Origin: Gammaproteobacteria bacterium | GTDB lineage: Bacteria; Pseudomonadota; Gammaproteobacteria; Ga0077536 | Direction of reading: 5' to 3' | NCBI GenBank assembly: GCA_047611905.1 | Contig: JBLFWZ010000002.1 | Coordinates: 802-64,801 of the forward strand | Length of the DNA stretch: 64,000 nt | Part shown: positions 27,231 through 38,253 of the stretch, piece after piece | Layout of the letters: each line of letters begins with the position of its first letter | Numbering within the stretch: the stretch's first letter is position 1 | Notes under the pieces: model-generated | The model's input: only the letters and a program-made list of their open reading frames with translations | The model's database searches: none | What the model was told of the DNA's origin: nothing | Translations under genes and position numbers: made by a program

Positions 27231-28240
27231 GGTAACTTAGCACTTAACTCGATCGCGGCGGCGACTGCCGCAATTAGGCTACCGGGATTGGCGCTACCCA
27301 TCCCCGCAATATCAATTGCGGTACCGTGGTCAACGGAAGTTCGTAAGAGAGGTAGGCCAAGCGTGATATTGACAATTTCGCCAAACCCTAGCGCTTTAAT
27401 TACGGGTAATCCTTGATCGTGGTACATCGTGACGTAAGCATCAATTGAGCGTCGGGTCTCAGGGGCAAAGGCCGTATCAGCCGGCATTGGGCCGATTAAT
27501 GTCACATGCTCACTGCGTGCGGCGTCGATTGCTGGCGTTATAAGTTCTGCATCTTCGTGGCCAAAATGACCACTTTCGCCAGCATGAGGATTCAAACCAC
27601 ATACCCCGATGCGTGGATGTGGAATGTTGAATTGACGACGCAACGCAGTTGCAACGACGTTAATGATGTAGGTAATGTGCGCGCTGTTGAGCGCCGATGG
27701 GACTTCGCTTAAAGCCATGTGCGTGGTTACAAGAGCGATCCTCAGTGATCCGGAGGCCAGCATCATCACGGGGCGCGCGAGGTCCGAATCAAGCGCCAGA
27801 TACTCGGTGTGGCCGGTAAAGCCAAATCCAGCGTCATTGATGATTCCTTTATGCACGGGTCCGGTGACAATAGCGTCTACGCTGTGGGCTCGGGCGAGTG
27901 CTATTGCGACGTCCAAGCAATCGAGAACATAGCGTGCGTTGCGAGTGTCTAAAACGCCGGGAATAACTTCCACTGACGTCGCAACGGGTAGCACAACTAG
28001 GCGTCCCGGTTGGTGCCGAGGAATAGTTGCCTCACTAGAGATTTCCAGTATTTCTAGTGGCGATTGGAGTAGGGCTGCGCGAGCTGCCAGGGTTGCTGGA
28101 TCGGCAATACAAACGATGTGTGCGTCAAAATCTGAACCCGCCATCGCGATCACGATATCCGGTCCAATTCCGGCCGGTTCACCTACGCTGAGTGCAAGTC
28201 TCGCGCACCGGTCATGGCGCATTGTCGCGATATTCGACAT
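27227..28240 (-). CDS. pdxA: 4-hydroxythreonine-4-phosphate dehydrogenase
   Basis: GEPAGIGPD, GPVHKG..GHTE, GLNPHAGE and TSVDHGTA motifs. Start at M37 (28240) or M43 (28222) of the 373 aa ORF; the longer N-terminus overlaps surA. Confidence 0.9.
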   Translation of the reverse strand: MSNIATMRHDRCARLALSVGEPAGIGPDIVIAMAGSDFDAHIVCIADPATLAARAALLQSPLEILEISSEATIPRHQPGRLVVLPVATSVEVIPGVLDTRNARYVLDCLDVAIALARAHSVDAIVTGPVHKGIINDAGFGFTGHTEYLALDSDLARPVMMLASGSLRIALVTTHMALSEVPSALNSAHITYIINVVATALRRQFNIPHPRIGVCGLNPHAGESGHFGHEDAELITPAIDAARSEHVTLIGPMPADTAFAPETRRSIDAYVTMYHDQGLPVIKALGFGEIVNITLGLPLLRTSVDHGTAIDIAGMGSANPGSLIAAVAAAIELSAKLP

Positions 28241-29501
28241 AAGCCTCGTCACGCAATCTTCGCAACCAGGATTGATATTTTTCGTCTGTCTTACGTCGCG
28301 AGATCGCGCTACGCGCCTTCGACCGCTTGACGTCCTCAGAACCGTCATAGGAACGGCGATCGAGCACCTGAAGAATGTGCCAGCCGAACTCTGAGCGGAA
28401 CGGTTCGCTGATTTCCCCGATCTCGGTAAAAAGCATCACGTCCTCGAATTCCGGCACCATTTGGCCTTTACTAACCCAACCGAGATCGCCGCCTTCCACT
28501 GCCGATCCACGGTCATCTGAATTCGTGCGCGCTAAGTTGCCAAATTCGTCACCACCGTCGAGACGAATTTTTAGCTGGTTTATTCGTAGTACAGCGTCCT
28601 CTTCGGTTACGAGCTCGCCTGGGGATACGAGGATATGGCGTGCTGACGTTTGTTCTACCAAGACTTCTTCGCCACTGCGGCGATCGGTTAGTTGAATGAT
28701 GTGGTAGCCGCTTGGACTCGTAATAATGTCGCTCGTGTCGTCGACATTCATCTCGCGTACCGTAGAGCTGAACAGGCTCGGTACTTGGTCGGCACGGCGC
28801 CAACCCAAATCGCCTTTTTCAATTGCATTTTGTCCATCCGAAACAGCAATTGCCAAGTCGCCGAAATTGGCCCCACCTCGAAGTTGTTCTATCGTCGAAT
28901 CAGCGCGCTCCCGTGCCGTTCGCTGCTCGTCGTTACTCGCGTTCGCAGGGATTGAAATTAAGATATGGCCGACCCTAAATTCCAGCTCACTCGCGCCTTG
29001 ACTGAACTCGTTGCTAATAAAGTTCTCGATTTCATTTTCGGACACCTGTACGCGGCGATCGACCTCTTGGCGCCGCAGCGACGCGATCATGATTTCGTCG
29101 CGGATTTGTTCACGAAACTCGGAAAACTGATAACCGTCGGACTGGAGGATCTCTTTGAATTGATCGATGCTGAGCTTGTTTTTGCCAGCGATGTCTTGAA
29201 TAGCAGCTTCAAGACGCTCTTCAGGAACTTCTACGCCGACTTCGGCGGCCTTTTGGATTTGGATCTTCTGCAGGATTATGCGATCCATTATCTGCCGCTC
29301 CAACACACTGGTTGGCGGTAATGCCGTCCCTTGCTGCCTTAATTGCTCCCGCACCCTCCGAATTTGGCTGTCGAGTTCACTGCGCATCACCACATCTTGA
29401 TCGACCACGGCGATGATCCGATCGAGCTCCATGCTGGAGCCTGCCGATGGGATCAGTGCGGCTATTAGGATGAGAATCAATTTTTGGATTGGTCTTGCCA
29501 T
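28212..29501 (-). CDS. surA: periplasmic chaperone / peptidyl-prolyl isomerase SurA
   Basis: Signal peptide MARPIQKLILILIAALIPSAGS, DRIIAVVD.. and two parvulin domains (HILI.., GDLGW..). Sits between lptD and pdxA. Confidence 0.92.
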   Translation of the reverse strand: MARPIQKLILILIAALIPSAGSSMELDRIIAVVDQDVVMRSELDSQIRRVREQLRQQGTALPPTSVLERQIMDRIILQKIQIQKAAEVGVEVPEERLEAAIQDIAGKNKLSIDQFKEILQSDGYQFSEFREQIRDEIMIASLRRQEVDRRVQVSENEIENFISNEFSQGASELEFRVGHILISIPANASNDEQRTARERADSTIEQLRGGANFGDLAIAVSDGQNAIEKGDLGWRRADQVPSLFSSTVREMNVDDTSDIITSPSGYHIIQLTDRRSGEEVLVEQTSARHILVSPGELVTEEDAVLRINQLKIRLDGGDEFGNLARTNSDDRGSAVEGGDLGWVSKGQMVPEFEDVMLFTEIGEISEPFRSEFGWHILQVLDRRSYDGSEDVKRSKARSAISRRKTDEKYQSWLRRLRDEAYVEYRDNAP

Positions 29502-29801
29502 ATTATTCAACCGGGCCCAGCTTTCATGGTTCGCTGAGCGCCGCAATATCTATCAGCAGTCGAGCAGGTCGATATTTTACCCCAGATTCTCTCAATCGTC
29601 GGCGCCGTCATCAAAAATGTTTGATCCTTGTAATTCGTTGGATAAATTCAGTCACATATGACGCATAGAAGGCGTCGCTAGAGAATGAAGTCGCTAGGGT
29701 TGCCGGACCGACCAATCGCTCGGTCTCGACGCAAAGCGGTCGGCCGAAGTGAAATTCTGTTCGTCCCGGTTTTGACAGTGCGCAGCGCGGCGTTAAGTTG
29801 A

Positions 29802-32030
29802 CTAAAAACGGGATTGGTAGCCCTGGATACTCTTGCGTAGGAACGACTCCGTCGAGCGTCCGTAGCCCGCTAGACCTTTAAATTCAAATTGCATGAATAT
29901 CCCAGTATCGAATTGTCCTTCAGAATTCCGGATAAATCGCCGACCGACGAGGCGCAAGCCCCAGCAACAACTATCGACCTCAATCCCGCCGACCAGTTCC
30001 AATGTCCGGTTGTTTTCCAGCGAGTAGTTCCATCGTCCGAGTAGACTGATGTTATTCGTGATCGGGGCATTAAATGACAGATCGGTTTGCTCGACGTCAG
30101 TTACAGCACGGCGTCTCCGATAGCCCGCATTCGCAACGATTCGACCCGATTCAGGTCGATATCGGACGCTATAGGAGGCGCGTTCCGTAGTGGAATTATT
30201 CGGGTCATATTGGAGAATGGCCCGACCGGACCAGCCGTTACCAAAATTGCCTGCGATCTCTCCAACAAATTCCGATACGTCGTTCTTTTCTTTCTGTCGT
30301 CCTGGTAGCGTAATTTCGCGGTTTTCAAAATAATATATTTGGCCAAAGCTCGCTCTCAAGAGTTCGCGCCCGGACTCAAGGCTGATAAATCGCGTTGTGG
30401 CTGCAAGAGTCAGCCGATTTGCATCGCCAATCCGGTCGCGACCCGAAAATCGATTTTCGCGAAAAAGGTTTCGAAACGAAAAATTAAACTGGCCAGTGTC
30501 GAAGACTGGAATGTCATCTTGGCCGTCTTTAGGAACGTACAGATAGTAGGCGCGTGGCTCGAAAGTTTGCAGCGTCGGTGTCCCGAGAAAATTCAATCGC
30601 CGATCCATAAACAACCTAGAATCGAGGCTTGCTATAGGAACGGTACGAGATTCCCTATTATTGAACGTGCCAGAGTTTTTGAGGAAATAGTCTGTATGCC
30701 GAATGGCCAACTTCGGCGTTATGCGCAAGTACTGTTTGATGTACGGATACGAGAGGCTCGGCGTTAAATCCACTCTGCCACCTGAGATACTATCTGTACG
30801 ATCAAAGTAGGTTGTTTGCGCATCGAGACCGGGGACTAAGCGCAGATGTTGGGCCGGTAGTGCAGTTGTGAGACTAATCTGCGGGAGCCTTTTGTATGGT
30901 CCTCTACTTCGGCGCGAATCATCAACATTCTGGTAACTTTGAACAATCGCGTTCAGCCTATAACGTCGCGGTTGACGGTATCGGAGTTCCAGTCGGCGGT
31001 CTAAAAACCGTTGGCTATTTATTCCGAGGCTGCCGCCGAAATCCTCAAAATATTGAGAATCAGACACGTTTCGAATGTCGGCATAAAAGCGACCACGATT
31101 GCCGTGAAATTTTGATTCATGCCTAACGGACAACAATGATCGGGCGTCGTTATTTTTAAGATTATCGCCAGGCAGCACTTCCAAGCCGATTTGACCTTCA
31201 TGATTCGGCGTTAGGTACCGGTACTGCCCGCCGAGCATCAGGCCGCGATCGGCTAGATATCGTGGTGTAAACGTTGCGTCACGGTCGGGCGCAAGGTTGA
31301 AGTAGTACGGCACTCTGACGTCCATACCGGAGCTCGTAGAACTCCCAATGGTCGGGATCAAAAACCCAGACTTTCTTTTATCATCTAGCGGAAAATTGAT
31401 GTACGGCAAGTACATCACGGGGATATTTTTTACTTTGAGGATGACATGCGTCGCGGAACCGCGTCCGATATCGTGGTCAAGCCGCAGGCGCTGGGTTGAA
31501 AACAGCCAATCGGGCCGATCAGAGCTACAAGTCGTATAGTCCACCCCCTCCATGAGCGAGATATTCTCCACACGATCGGACTCGATTGTGCGTGAATAGC
31601 CGCGACCGCGACCGTTTACTAGCCAATAATTTCCTTCCGTCAAATTGCCAACGTCTGAGTCAAGGTCAAATTGTGCGTGTTCGCCTTGCCAGATAAGCCC
31701 GGCGTCCCAAATAGTTGCGTGGCCGCTTACGTCAAAGCGGCTACCGGCATCGTCGTAAGTAACAACGTCCCCAGTAATTGAACGGGCGTCGCGCACAATT
31801 TCGACGTTACCTGCAAATTCGGTTGCCTCATTTTTTACGATTCGTGTGGTATCGGCTCGAATTTCGGTGCTGCCCGGCTCTACCGGTTCGGAGTATTCTG
31901 GACGAATGGGTAAATCGCGATCGACCGGACACAGCCACCACGAGGCCGCGTCGCCAAATTTGGCGTGCACAGGCGCGCACACTGCGCCGCCCAGGCACAG
32001 CATGAGGATATTTATTGTAGTTCGACGCAT
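29802..32030 (-). CDS. lptD: LPS assembly outer-membrane protein LptD
   Basis: 742 aa with a signal peptide, an OstA-like N-domain and a large beta-barrel ending ..GYQSRF. Upstream of surA. Confidence 0.93.
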   Translation of the reverse strand: MRRTTINILMLCLGGAVCAPVHAKFGDAASWWLCPVDRDLPIRPEYSEPVEPGSTEIRADTTRIVKNEATEFAGNVEIVRDARSITGDVVTYDDAGSRFDVSGHATIWDAGLIWQGEHAQFDLDSDVGNLTEGNYWLVNGRGRGYSRTIESDRVENISLMEGVDYTTCSSDRPDWLFSTQRLRLDHDIGRGSATHVILKVKNIPVMYLPYINFPLDDKRKSGFLIPTIGSSTSSGMDVRVPYYFNLAPDRDATFTPRYLADRGLMLGGQYRYLTPNHEGQIGLEVLPGDNLKNNDARSLLSVRHESKFHGNRGRFYADIRNVSDSQYFEDFGGSLGINSQRFLDRRLELRYRQPRRYRLNAIVQSYQNVDDSRRSRGPYKRLPQISLTTALPAQHLRLVPGLDAQTTYFDRTDSISGGRVDLTPSLSYPYIKQYLRITPKLAIRHTDYFLKNSGTFNNRESRTVPIASLDSRLFMDRRLNFLGTPTLQTFEPRAYYLYVPKDGQDDIPVFDTGQFNFSFRNLFRENRFSGRDRIGDANRLTLAATTRFISLESGRELLRASFGQIYYFENREITLPGRQKEKNDVSEFVGEIAGNFGNGWSGRAILQYDPNNSTTERASYSVRYRPESGRIVANAGYRRRRAVTDVEQTDLSFNAPITNNISLLGRWNYSLENNRTLELVGGIEVDSCCWGLRLVGRRFIRNSEGQFDTGIFMQFEFKGLAGYGRSTESFLRKSIQGYQSRF

Positions 32031-32236
32031 CGACTTTCGGATGCTTATTGTTACCAGCGTGGCGCTAAAATCGCATAGATTGATGTTAGCTTCAATAAGC
32101 GATTCGTCGCATCAATCGGAACCGCTGTGAGCAGCGCGATTTCCTCAAAAATTAATTTCGACGGGCCGGTAAAATTTTGCGATCCGGAGAGAATCGCGGG
32201 GAAATCGCTCGCTTACACGCGACGTTATGCTCGATA

Positions 32237-32860
32237 TTATTGATTCGATTGACGCAATTCGGCAATTCGCGCGGTGACTTGCTCGAGTAGTGGCAATGGC
32301 GCTTCAATGCCTAGTAAATCAATTTTGGCCGGAACGGCAATAGGTAAGATTTGGGCCAAACCGTAGGCCAACTCAGAAATGTCATCAGGTGATTGGTTGG
32401 CCAGTTGTCCAAACGTCGCATTGGTGTTGATTTCGACGAGAAGTTCGACTAACTCTTGCTGCTCAGCGGTGATTGGCAGTGATTCTAAATGTGGTTTTTC
32501 CATCACCATTCCGAGCATTAACGCATCCGCTTGGGTCCGTGATGAGCGAACTTCAAATCGAGTCTCGCCGCGAACGACGACATTGAGTAAGCCGTCACTG
32601 CCCTGATCAAAATCCACAACCCTGGCGAGCGTGCCGAGGGCATGCGGTTGCGCTGGCCCGCCAGCTTCGACCCCTTGCGCGATGCCAACGATGCCGAACA
32701 GGGTGTTATCGCGCATGCAACGTCCAATGAGGTCGACGTAACGCGGTTCGAAGATCCGCAATGGCAGATGTGCCGTCGGGAAAAGCACCGTATTTAGCGG
32801 AAACAGTGCAATCTCATATTCCTCTGAACTAGTGATAATTTGCTCCTCAACGTAGCGCAT
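32237..32860 (-). CDS. LON-peptidase substrate-binding (N-terminal) domain protein
   Basis: IALFPLNTVLFPTAHLPLRIFEPRYVDLI is the hallmark of stand-alone Lon N-domain proteins. Confidence 0.85.
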   Translation of the reverse strand: MRYVEEQIITSSEEYEIALFPLNTVLFPTAHLPLRIFEPRYVDLIGRCMRDNTLFGIVGIAQGVEAGGPAQPHALGTLARVVDFDQGSDGLLNVVVRGETRFEVRSSRTQADALMLGMVMEKPHLESLPITAEQQELVELLVEINTNATFGQLANQSPDDISELAYGLAQILPIAVPAKIDLLGIEAPLPLLEQVTARIAELRQSNQ

Positions 32861-34205
32861 TTAATAGCTTAGTGTGAATTCCGCCGAATCCGCCGTTACT
32901 CATGACAACGATATGGTCATCCGGGCCTGCGTATGCCGTGGCACAGTCGACGATTTGGTCGACAGACGATAGGATTTGACCGTCGGAGTCAGTCGCTTCA
33001 AACAGCGTCGCGGGATCCCAAGCAAGGCTTTTATCATCGTAGATAAAGACCTTGTTCGCGAGGCCGAGTGCGGCGCCGACGGCCGCCGCATGGACGCCTA
33101 AGCGCATTGTGTTCGAACGAGGTTCCAGTATGCAGATGATTCGTTTGGTACCGACACTTGCACGCAGTGCGCTCAACGTCGCCTGGATTGCTGTCGGATG
33201 ATGGGCGAAGTCGTCGTAGACAGTCACGCCATTGACGCAACCGATAACTTCAAGTCGTCGCTTTACGCCACTGAACGATGGCAGTGCTGCAACGGCCTGT
33301 GCTACCGACACACCAACATCGGCGGCCGCACAAATTGCCGCTGCTAGGTTGAACGCGTTGTGCTCACCGAGCAACGGTGAACAAACCGCAACAGCGTCAC
33401 GCCCAGGACCTTGAAACTTAAAGCTTGTTGAAGCGGATTCTTCAATTTCGCTTATTAGCCAATCGCTAGTTGGCTCTAATCCAAACGTTTGACAGCGGCT
33501 CCAGCAACCCTCGCGCAGTACCGCCGCAATCGTTGTGTTGGACGCCGGACTAATCACTAATCCGTGTGACGGAACAATCCGTAATAGGTGACTAAATTGA
33601 CGCTCAATTGCCGCTAAATCCGGAAAAATATCGGCATGATCGAACTCAAGATTGTTGATGATTAACGTGTCTGGACGGTAGTGCACAAATTTGGAACGTT
33701 TATCGAAAAATGCGGTGTCGTATTCATCCGCTTCAATGACGAAAAACTTACCACGACCTAGGCTCGCAGGTGACGGGAAATTTTTTGCGATGCCGCCAAT
33801 GAGATAGCCTGGTTCGAGGCCGCATTGGTCGAGGATCCATGCCAAGATACTCGTCGTGGTCGTTTTCCCGTGCGTACCGGAAACGGCGATGACATGGCGG
33901 CTACGAAGCACCTCGTCCGCGATCCACTGCGCACCAGAAAGATATTGAATATGGTGATTGAGGACGTATTCAACGGCCTCGTTTCCGCGGCTGAGCGCGT
34001 TGCCAATGAGCACTAAATCTGGCACTTGATCGAACTGGCAGACGTCGTAGCCATCGAATATTTCAATACCACGGCGCTTCAGAAATGTGCTCATCGGCGG
34101 GTATACGCTTGCATCAGATCCTGTCACGGTATGGCCGAGTTGCACGGCGAGTTCGGCGATGCCGGCCATGAACGTTCCGCAGATGCCCAAAATATGTATG
34201 TGCAC
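32847..34205 (-). CDS. mpl: UDP-N-acetylmuramate:L-alanyl-gamma-D-glutamyl-meso-DAP ligase
   Basis: MHIHILGICGTFMAGIA, SGTHGKTTTTS and Mur-ligase middle and C-terminal motifs. Confidence 0.92.
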   Translation of the reverse strand: MHIHILGICGTFMAGIAELAVQLGHTVTGSDASVYPPMSTFLKRRGIEIFDGYDVCQFDQVPDLVLIGNALSRGNEAVEYVLNHHIQYLSGAQWIADEVLRSRHVIAVSGTHGKTTTTSILAWILDQCGLEPGYLIGGIAKNFPSPASLGRGKFFVIEADEYDTAFFDKRSKFVHYRPDTLIINNLEFDHADIFPDLAAIERQFSHLLRIVPSHGLVISPASNTTIAAVLREGCWSRCQTFGLEPTSDWLISEIEESASTSFKFQGPGRDAVAVCSPLLGEHNAFNLAAAICAAADVGVSVAQAVAALPSFSGVKRRLEVIGCVNGVTVYDDFAHHPTAIQATLSALRASVGTKRIICILEPRSNTMRLGVHAAAVGAALGLANKVFIYDDKSLAWDPATLFEATDSDGQILSSVDQIVDCATAYAGPDDHIVVMSNGGFGGIHTKLLNALR

Positions 34206-34237
34206 GAATTAGCCTTTATTACGTTCGATGGATAGCA

Positions 34238-34777
34238 TTACGCGAAACTCTGATGGACGAAGAACATGACGCGAAATTCGAGTAATACATAGGCGATTGA
34301 GATAAAAAAACCACCGAGTAAGCGCATGCCGAGCGCGTGCTTAAAAATGTTAGCGGAAATAAACAACTGCCAAACGAACAATGCCACCCAGATATAGCCC
34401 GCTAGGTTGGACTCGCTACCGTTCAGCTCGATTAAATGAAACCAGTAGCGCAACACGACTGCCGGCACGAATAACACAATCGAGGCGCCCATCATCGCTG
34501 TTGCCGTTTGCTGCAGGCGCGCCCTGTAGCCGCGAATTTGTAGCAGCAATCTTATTGAGACCAGCAGTAGCGCGGTCATCGCGAGGCTTAGCGAACACGC
34601 TTCGGCGAAGCCAAATCCGATAAGGTTGATCGCAGTACCGAGAACGACGTAGCTCAGCAGTGTGCAGTTGAAGAGAAATCGTGATGCCGGTAGGTCTTGG
34701 GGCGCTCGCTTCAGGCAGCAAATTTCCCAAAACGCTCGCGCTAAGCTCCCAATGTCATTCGCTACAGTGCGGGCCAT
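34238..34777 (-). CDS. hypothetical polytopic membrane protein
   Basis: 179 aa with 4-5 hydrophobic helices and no recognisable motif. Confidence 0.55.
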   Translation of the reverse strand: MARTVANDIGSLARAFWEICCLKRAPQDLPASRFLFNCTLLSYVVLGTAINLIGFGFAEACSLSLAMTALLLVSIRLLLQIRGYRARLQQTATAMMGASIVLFVPAVVLRYWFHLIELNGSESNLAGYIWVALFVWQLFISANIFKHALGMRLLGGFFISIAYVLLEFRVMFFVHQSFA

Positions 34778-34812
34778 CCAAACGAAGAGTGCGGTTCGCG
34801 ACCAGTGCCGGT

Positions 34813-36066
34813 TTACACCTGGGGTGCGGGCAATTCGGCCGCGGGGGGATAGTTTTCTTCAACATAATCGTTGACCATAGATTTGAATTCCTGAGCGATT
34901 GACTTGCCGCGCAACGTGGCGACTTTTTGTCCGTCGACAAACACCGGTGCCGCTGGCGTTTCACCCGTACCGGGCAGACTGATTCCGATGTTCGCGTGCT
35001 TGCTTTCACCCGGGCCATTAACGATGCATCCCATCACGGCCAAACTCATGTCTTCGACGCCAGGATGGGTTTCGCGCCAGATCGGCATTTGGGTTCGAAC
35101 GTAGGCTTGAATGTCTTCCGCAAGCTCCTGAAAGACAGTACTGGTTGTTCGTCCGCATCCCGGACATGCGGTAACTAAAGGAGTGAATGAGCGTAAGCCA
35201 ATGGTCTGCAAGATTTCTTGAGCGACCACGACTTCTTTGCTGCGGTCGCCGCCCGGTTCGGGTGTGAGCGATACCCTAATAGTGTCGCCGATACCTTGTT
35301 GAAGTAAGTAGCCCATTGCTGCAGTAGACGATACGATCCCTTTGGATCCCATGCCAGCCTCGGTTAGGCCGAGGTGTAGGGCATAATCGCAGCGCGCAGC
35401 CAGTTCACCATACACAGCAATCAGTTCTTGGACGCCGCTAACTTTGCACGAGAGGACAATTTTGTCGCGTTTAAGTCCTAATTCTTCGGCTTTCATGGCA
35501 CTGTCTATGGCGGACGAAATTAACGCGTCGCGGGTAACCTCAGAGGCGTCTTTAGGTACCGCTAACATCGCGTTCGCGTCCATCTTTGCGGCTACGAGTG
35601 CGGGGTCGAGACTGCCCCAATTGACCCCAATGCGGATCGGTTTATTCAGTCTTGCGGCTACTTCGATCATGGTCGCAAATTGGTGATCTTTTTTTCGACC
35701 AAAACCAACGTTGCCTGGGTTAATTCTGAACTTGGCCAACGCCTCGGCGCAGTCTGGGTACTTAGTCAGCAACATATGCCCGTTGTAGTGAAAATCACCA
35801 ATGAGAGGCACATGGCAGCCAAGAGAGTCAAGCCGGTCGCGGATCCGTGGTATTGACGCAGCGGCAGCTTCTGTGTCGACAGTCACGCGGACCAGTTCAG
35901 AGCCAGACGCGGCGAGTTGCTGAACCTGCTTGGTGGTGGAGGCGGTGTCGGCGGTATCCGTGTTGGTCATGGATTGCACAACGATTGGATGTCCGGCGCC
36001 AATCGTTACAGCTCCAACGTTTACACCAACAGTTTCGCGGCGATGATAATTCGGTATTGATGTCAT
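34813..36066 (-). CDS. ispG: 4-hydroxy-3-methylbut-2-enyl-diphosphate synthase (flavodoxin)
   Basis: [19 protein letters not shown] and [16 protein letters not shown] Fe-S motifs. Confidence 0.96.
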   Translation of the reverse strand: MTSIPNYHRRETVGVNVGAVTIGAGHPIVVQSMTNTDTADTASTTKQVQQLAASGSELVRVTVDTEAAAASIPRIRDRLDSLGCHVPLIGDFHYNGHMLLTKYPDCAEALAKFRINPGNVGFGRKKDHQFATMIEVAARLNKPIRIGVNWGSLDPALVAAKMDANAMLAVPKDASEVTRDALISSAIDSAMKAEELGLKRDKIVLSCKVSGVQELIAVYGELAARCDYALHLGLTEAGMGSKGIVSSTAAMGYLLQQGIGDTIRVSLTPEPGGDRSKEVVVAQEILQTIGLRSFTPLVTACPGCGRTTSTVFQELAEDIQAYVRTQMPIWRETHPGVEDMSLAVMGCIVNGPGESKHANIGISLPGTGETPAAPVFVDGQKVATLRGKSIAQEFKSMVNDYVEENYPPAAELPAPQV

Positions 36067-36177
36067 GGACGTTGATGCAAATAATCGAAAGTTAATAGGG
36101 TGAATCAGTAGGCCGGATTCTAACGTAGTGCTGAGCCGGACGCCAAAATCACAATAACATTTTTAAGGGGCACGATA

Positions 36178-37086
36178 ATGCGCATTGGAATCGATCTCGG
36201 TGGGACGAAAATCGAAGGCATTGTGCTCGGCGACGACGCGCAGGTCCGAGCTCGTCAGCGTGTTCCAACGCCGAGTGCCGACTACGCCGCCATCTTAACC
36301 GCCATCGCCGAGCTCGTGACTACGTTGGAATCCGAGGTCGGGCAGACTTGCTCGGTCGGTATCGGCATGCCGGGGACAATATCTCCTCACAACCAACGGG
36401 TTAAAAATTCCAATACGACGATTCTAAACGGCAAAGCGCTCGACCGTGATTTGGCAATAAAAATGCGCCGAGAGCTTCGTTTCGAGAACGATGCGAACTG
36501 CTTCGTACTCTCGGAGTCCGTTGATGGCGCAGGGTCTGGTAGTGCCTTGGTCTTTGGCGTGATCATAGGAACCGGCACGGGCGGCGGAATTTCAATCAAT
36601 AAACAGATACTGCGCGGAGCAAATGCGATAGCCGGGGAATGGGGCCACAACCCCTTACCGTGGGCTCGCGCGAGTGAAACTGAGCCGCCGAAGTGTTATT
36701 GCGGGAAGTATGGTTGCCTCGAAACCTATTTATCTGGCGCAGGTTTAACACGGGCCTACGCCGAGCAACAAGATGATGTGACTGATGCAAGCGAGATCGC
36801 GGCCCGTGCTGAACACGGCGAACGCGAAGCGCAGGCGGCGATCCAGCTTTACGCCGAACGCTTGGCGCGCGGCTTGGCCTCAATAGTGAATGTGATAGAC
36901 CCGGCCGTCATCGTGTTAGGCGGTGGCTTATCGAAGATAACGGCTCTATATCGTTTAGTACCGCCCTTAATTGGGCAATACGCCTTCACGGATCAACTAA
37001 CGTTACGAGTGGTTCCCGCCGCGCATGGGGACAGTAGCGGGGTACGTGGAGCGGCGTGGCTTTGGCCGATCAAGCAGGTTGGGTAG
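36178..37086 (+). CDS. mak: ROK-family sugar kinase, Mak (fructokinase/mannokinase)-like
   Basis: MRIGIDLGGTKIE, GEWGHNPLPW, CYCGKYGCLETYLSG and HGDSSGVRGAAWLW closely resemble E. coli Mak/YajF as I recall it. Confidence 0.85.
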   Translation: MRIGIDLGGTKIEGIVLGDDAQVRARQRVPTPSADYAAILTAIAELVTTLESEVGQTCSVGIGMPGTISPHNQRVKNSNTTILNGKALDRDLAIKMRRELRFENDANCFVLSESVDGAGSGSALVFGVIIGTGTGGGISINKQILRGANAIAGEWGHNPLPWARASETEPPKCYCGKYGCLETYLSGAGLTRAYAEQQDDVTDASEIAARAEHGEREAQAAIQLYAERLARGLASIVNVIDPAVIVLGGGLSKITALYRLVPPLIGQYAFTDQLTLRVVPAAHGDSSGVRGAAWLWPIKQVG

Positions 37087-37372
37087 CAAGCGCGAGGAGA
37101 TTATTTTCCCGATCTGTGTGATCGGCTCCTCAACAAAGAGCTTTGGCGCACTCGAGTGTGACCTTAGTCACATTGATGCTGTAGGCGGGCTTCTACACTC
37201 GAAGCAGCTGTTCACGAAACCATGCAGCTATGTTGTCGCGCTCGGTGGCTGCTTACTCCTCCCCTCCCCCTTTTGGAGCACCGCCGAGCGCCTTTTAAAT
37301 CGATCAGCGGGTTTTCGAGCAAACCGTATCGCACAGACGTCGCGCGAGCCCACCGCGTAGCGGTTCCACCTC

Positions 37373-38062
37373 CTACGAGGTGAGTCGCTCCAGCCGATAG
37401 CCATGTTGGTAGATGGAAGAAAGTTTCCAGCCCATCTCTGGAGCCAAGGAGAGTTTCGTTCGGATCCGGCTAACGTGTGTGTCGACAGTGCGCGTATTAA
37501 TATCGGGATTGCGTCCCCACACACTTTCCAAAATATGCGCGCGCGATAGTATCCGTCCGATATTTCGAAACAAGAAAACGATGAGCTCGTATTCTTTCTG
37601 CGTAACTTCGACCCGAGTCCCGTCGCGTTTGACTTCGTGGTTGGCCAGATCGACCGCGAACGGGTCGTACTCGATTTCATTTTGCGTGTCGTCAACGCTG
37701 GACGCGCGTCGCGCCACTGCGGTGATCCGGGCAACCAATTCACGGTGTTTGGCCGGCTTAACAATATAGTCGTCGGCGCCTTGTTCAAGTGCACGGACGA
37801 TGTCGTCTTCTTCGTCTTTTGCCGTAACGAAAACGATTGGCACGGGCCAGTCAAAGTTCTCGCGTACCCAACGCAGAACTTCGTAACCGTCCATGTCTGG
37901 AACCATCCAGTCAAGGATCAGGACATCGTAGCTGTCGTGTTTGATATTCCGCACAAAGAGCTTGCCGGAAACAAAATGTTCGACGGTATGTCCGCTCGAC
38001 TTCAGCCATTCCATGAATAGCGCGGCCTGGTCGAGATCGTCTTCGAGTAATGCTATTCGCAA
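37373..38062 (-). CDS. OmpR/PhoB-family response regulator (orphan)
   Basis: Receiver domain (LILDWMVPDMDG) plus a winged-helix output (RTVDTHVSRIRTKL..GYRL). TTG start. No histidine kinase gene adjacent. Confidence 0.9.
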   Translation of the reverse strand: MRIALLEDDLDQAALFMEWLKSSGHTVEHFVSGKLFVRNIKHDSYDVLILDWMVPDMDGYEVLRWVRENFDWPVPIVFVTAKDEEDDIVRALEQGADDYIVKPAKHRELVARITAVARRASSVDDTQNEIEYDPFAVDLANHEVKRDGTRVEVTQKEYELIVFLFRNIGRILSRAHILESVWGRNPDINTRTVDTHVSRIRTKLSLAPEMGWKLSSIYQHGYRLERLTS

Positions 38063-38253
38063 GTTAGTTCTCCCCGATTAAACTTCGGCTACGATAGAAT
38101 TCCTTGTCCCAAAAAAGACGGGACTTGTAACCGGTTCACTTAATGATAGCTTATATAGACAATTGACAACTAGTTCATCCATTTAACGGATGATCTTTGC
38201 TGGCATTCTAGCTGTTTGGAACGAAAAACGAATCGAAGAAAGAGGAACCTGAA

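Noticed and set aside
27939-28394. 151 aa plus-strand ORF, along with the other 60-160 aa antisense ORFs in pdxA, surA, lptD, pomB, the YaiO-like gene and others
   Set aside because: All lie within better-supported conserved genes on the opposite strand. None has a recognisable motif.
37025-37360. 111 aa plus-strand ORF in the gap between mak and the response regulator
   Set aside because: It starts inside the mak 3' end and has no ribosome-binding site or motif. Its composition is not protein-like, so the region is treated as non-coding.
37228-37914. 228 aa minus-strand ORF overlapping the response regulator in another frame
   Set aside because: The alternative frame encodes a textbook OmpR-family regulator. 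This frame gives an Arg/Ser/Thr-rich sequence with no domain signature.
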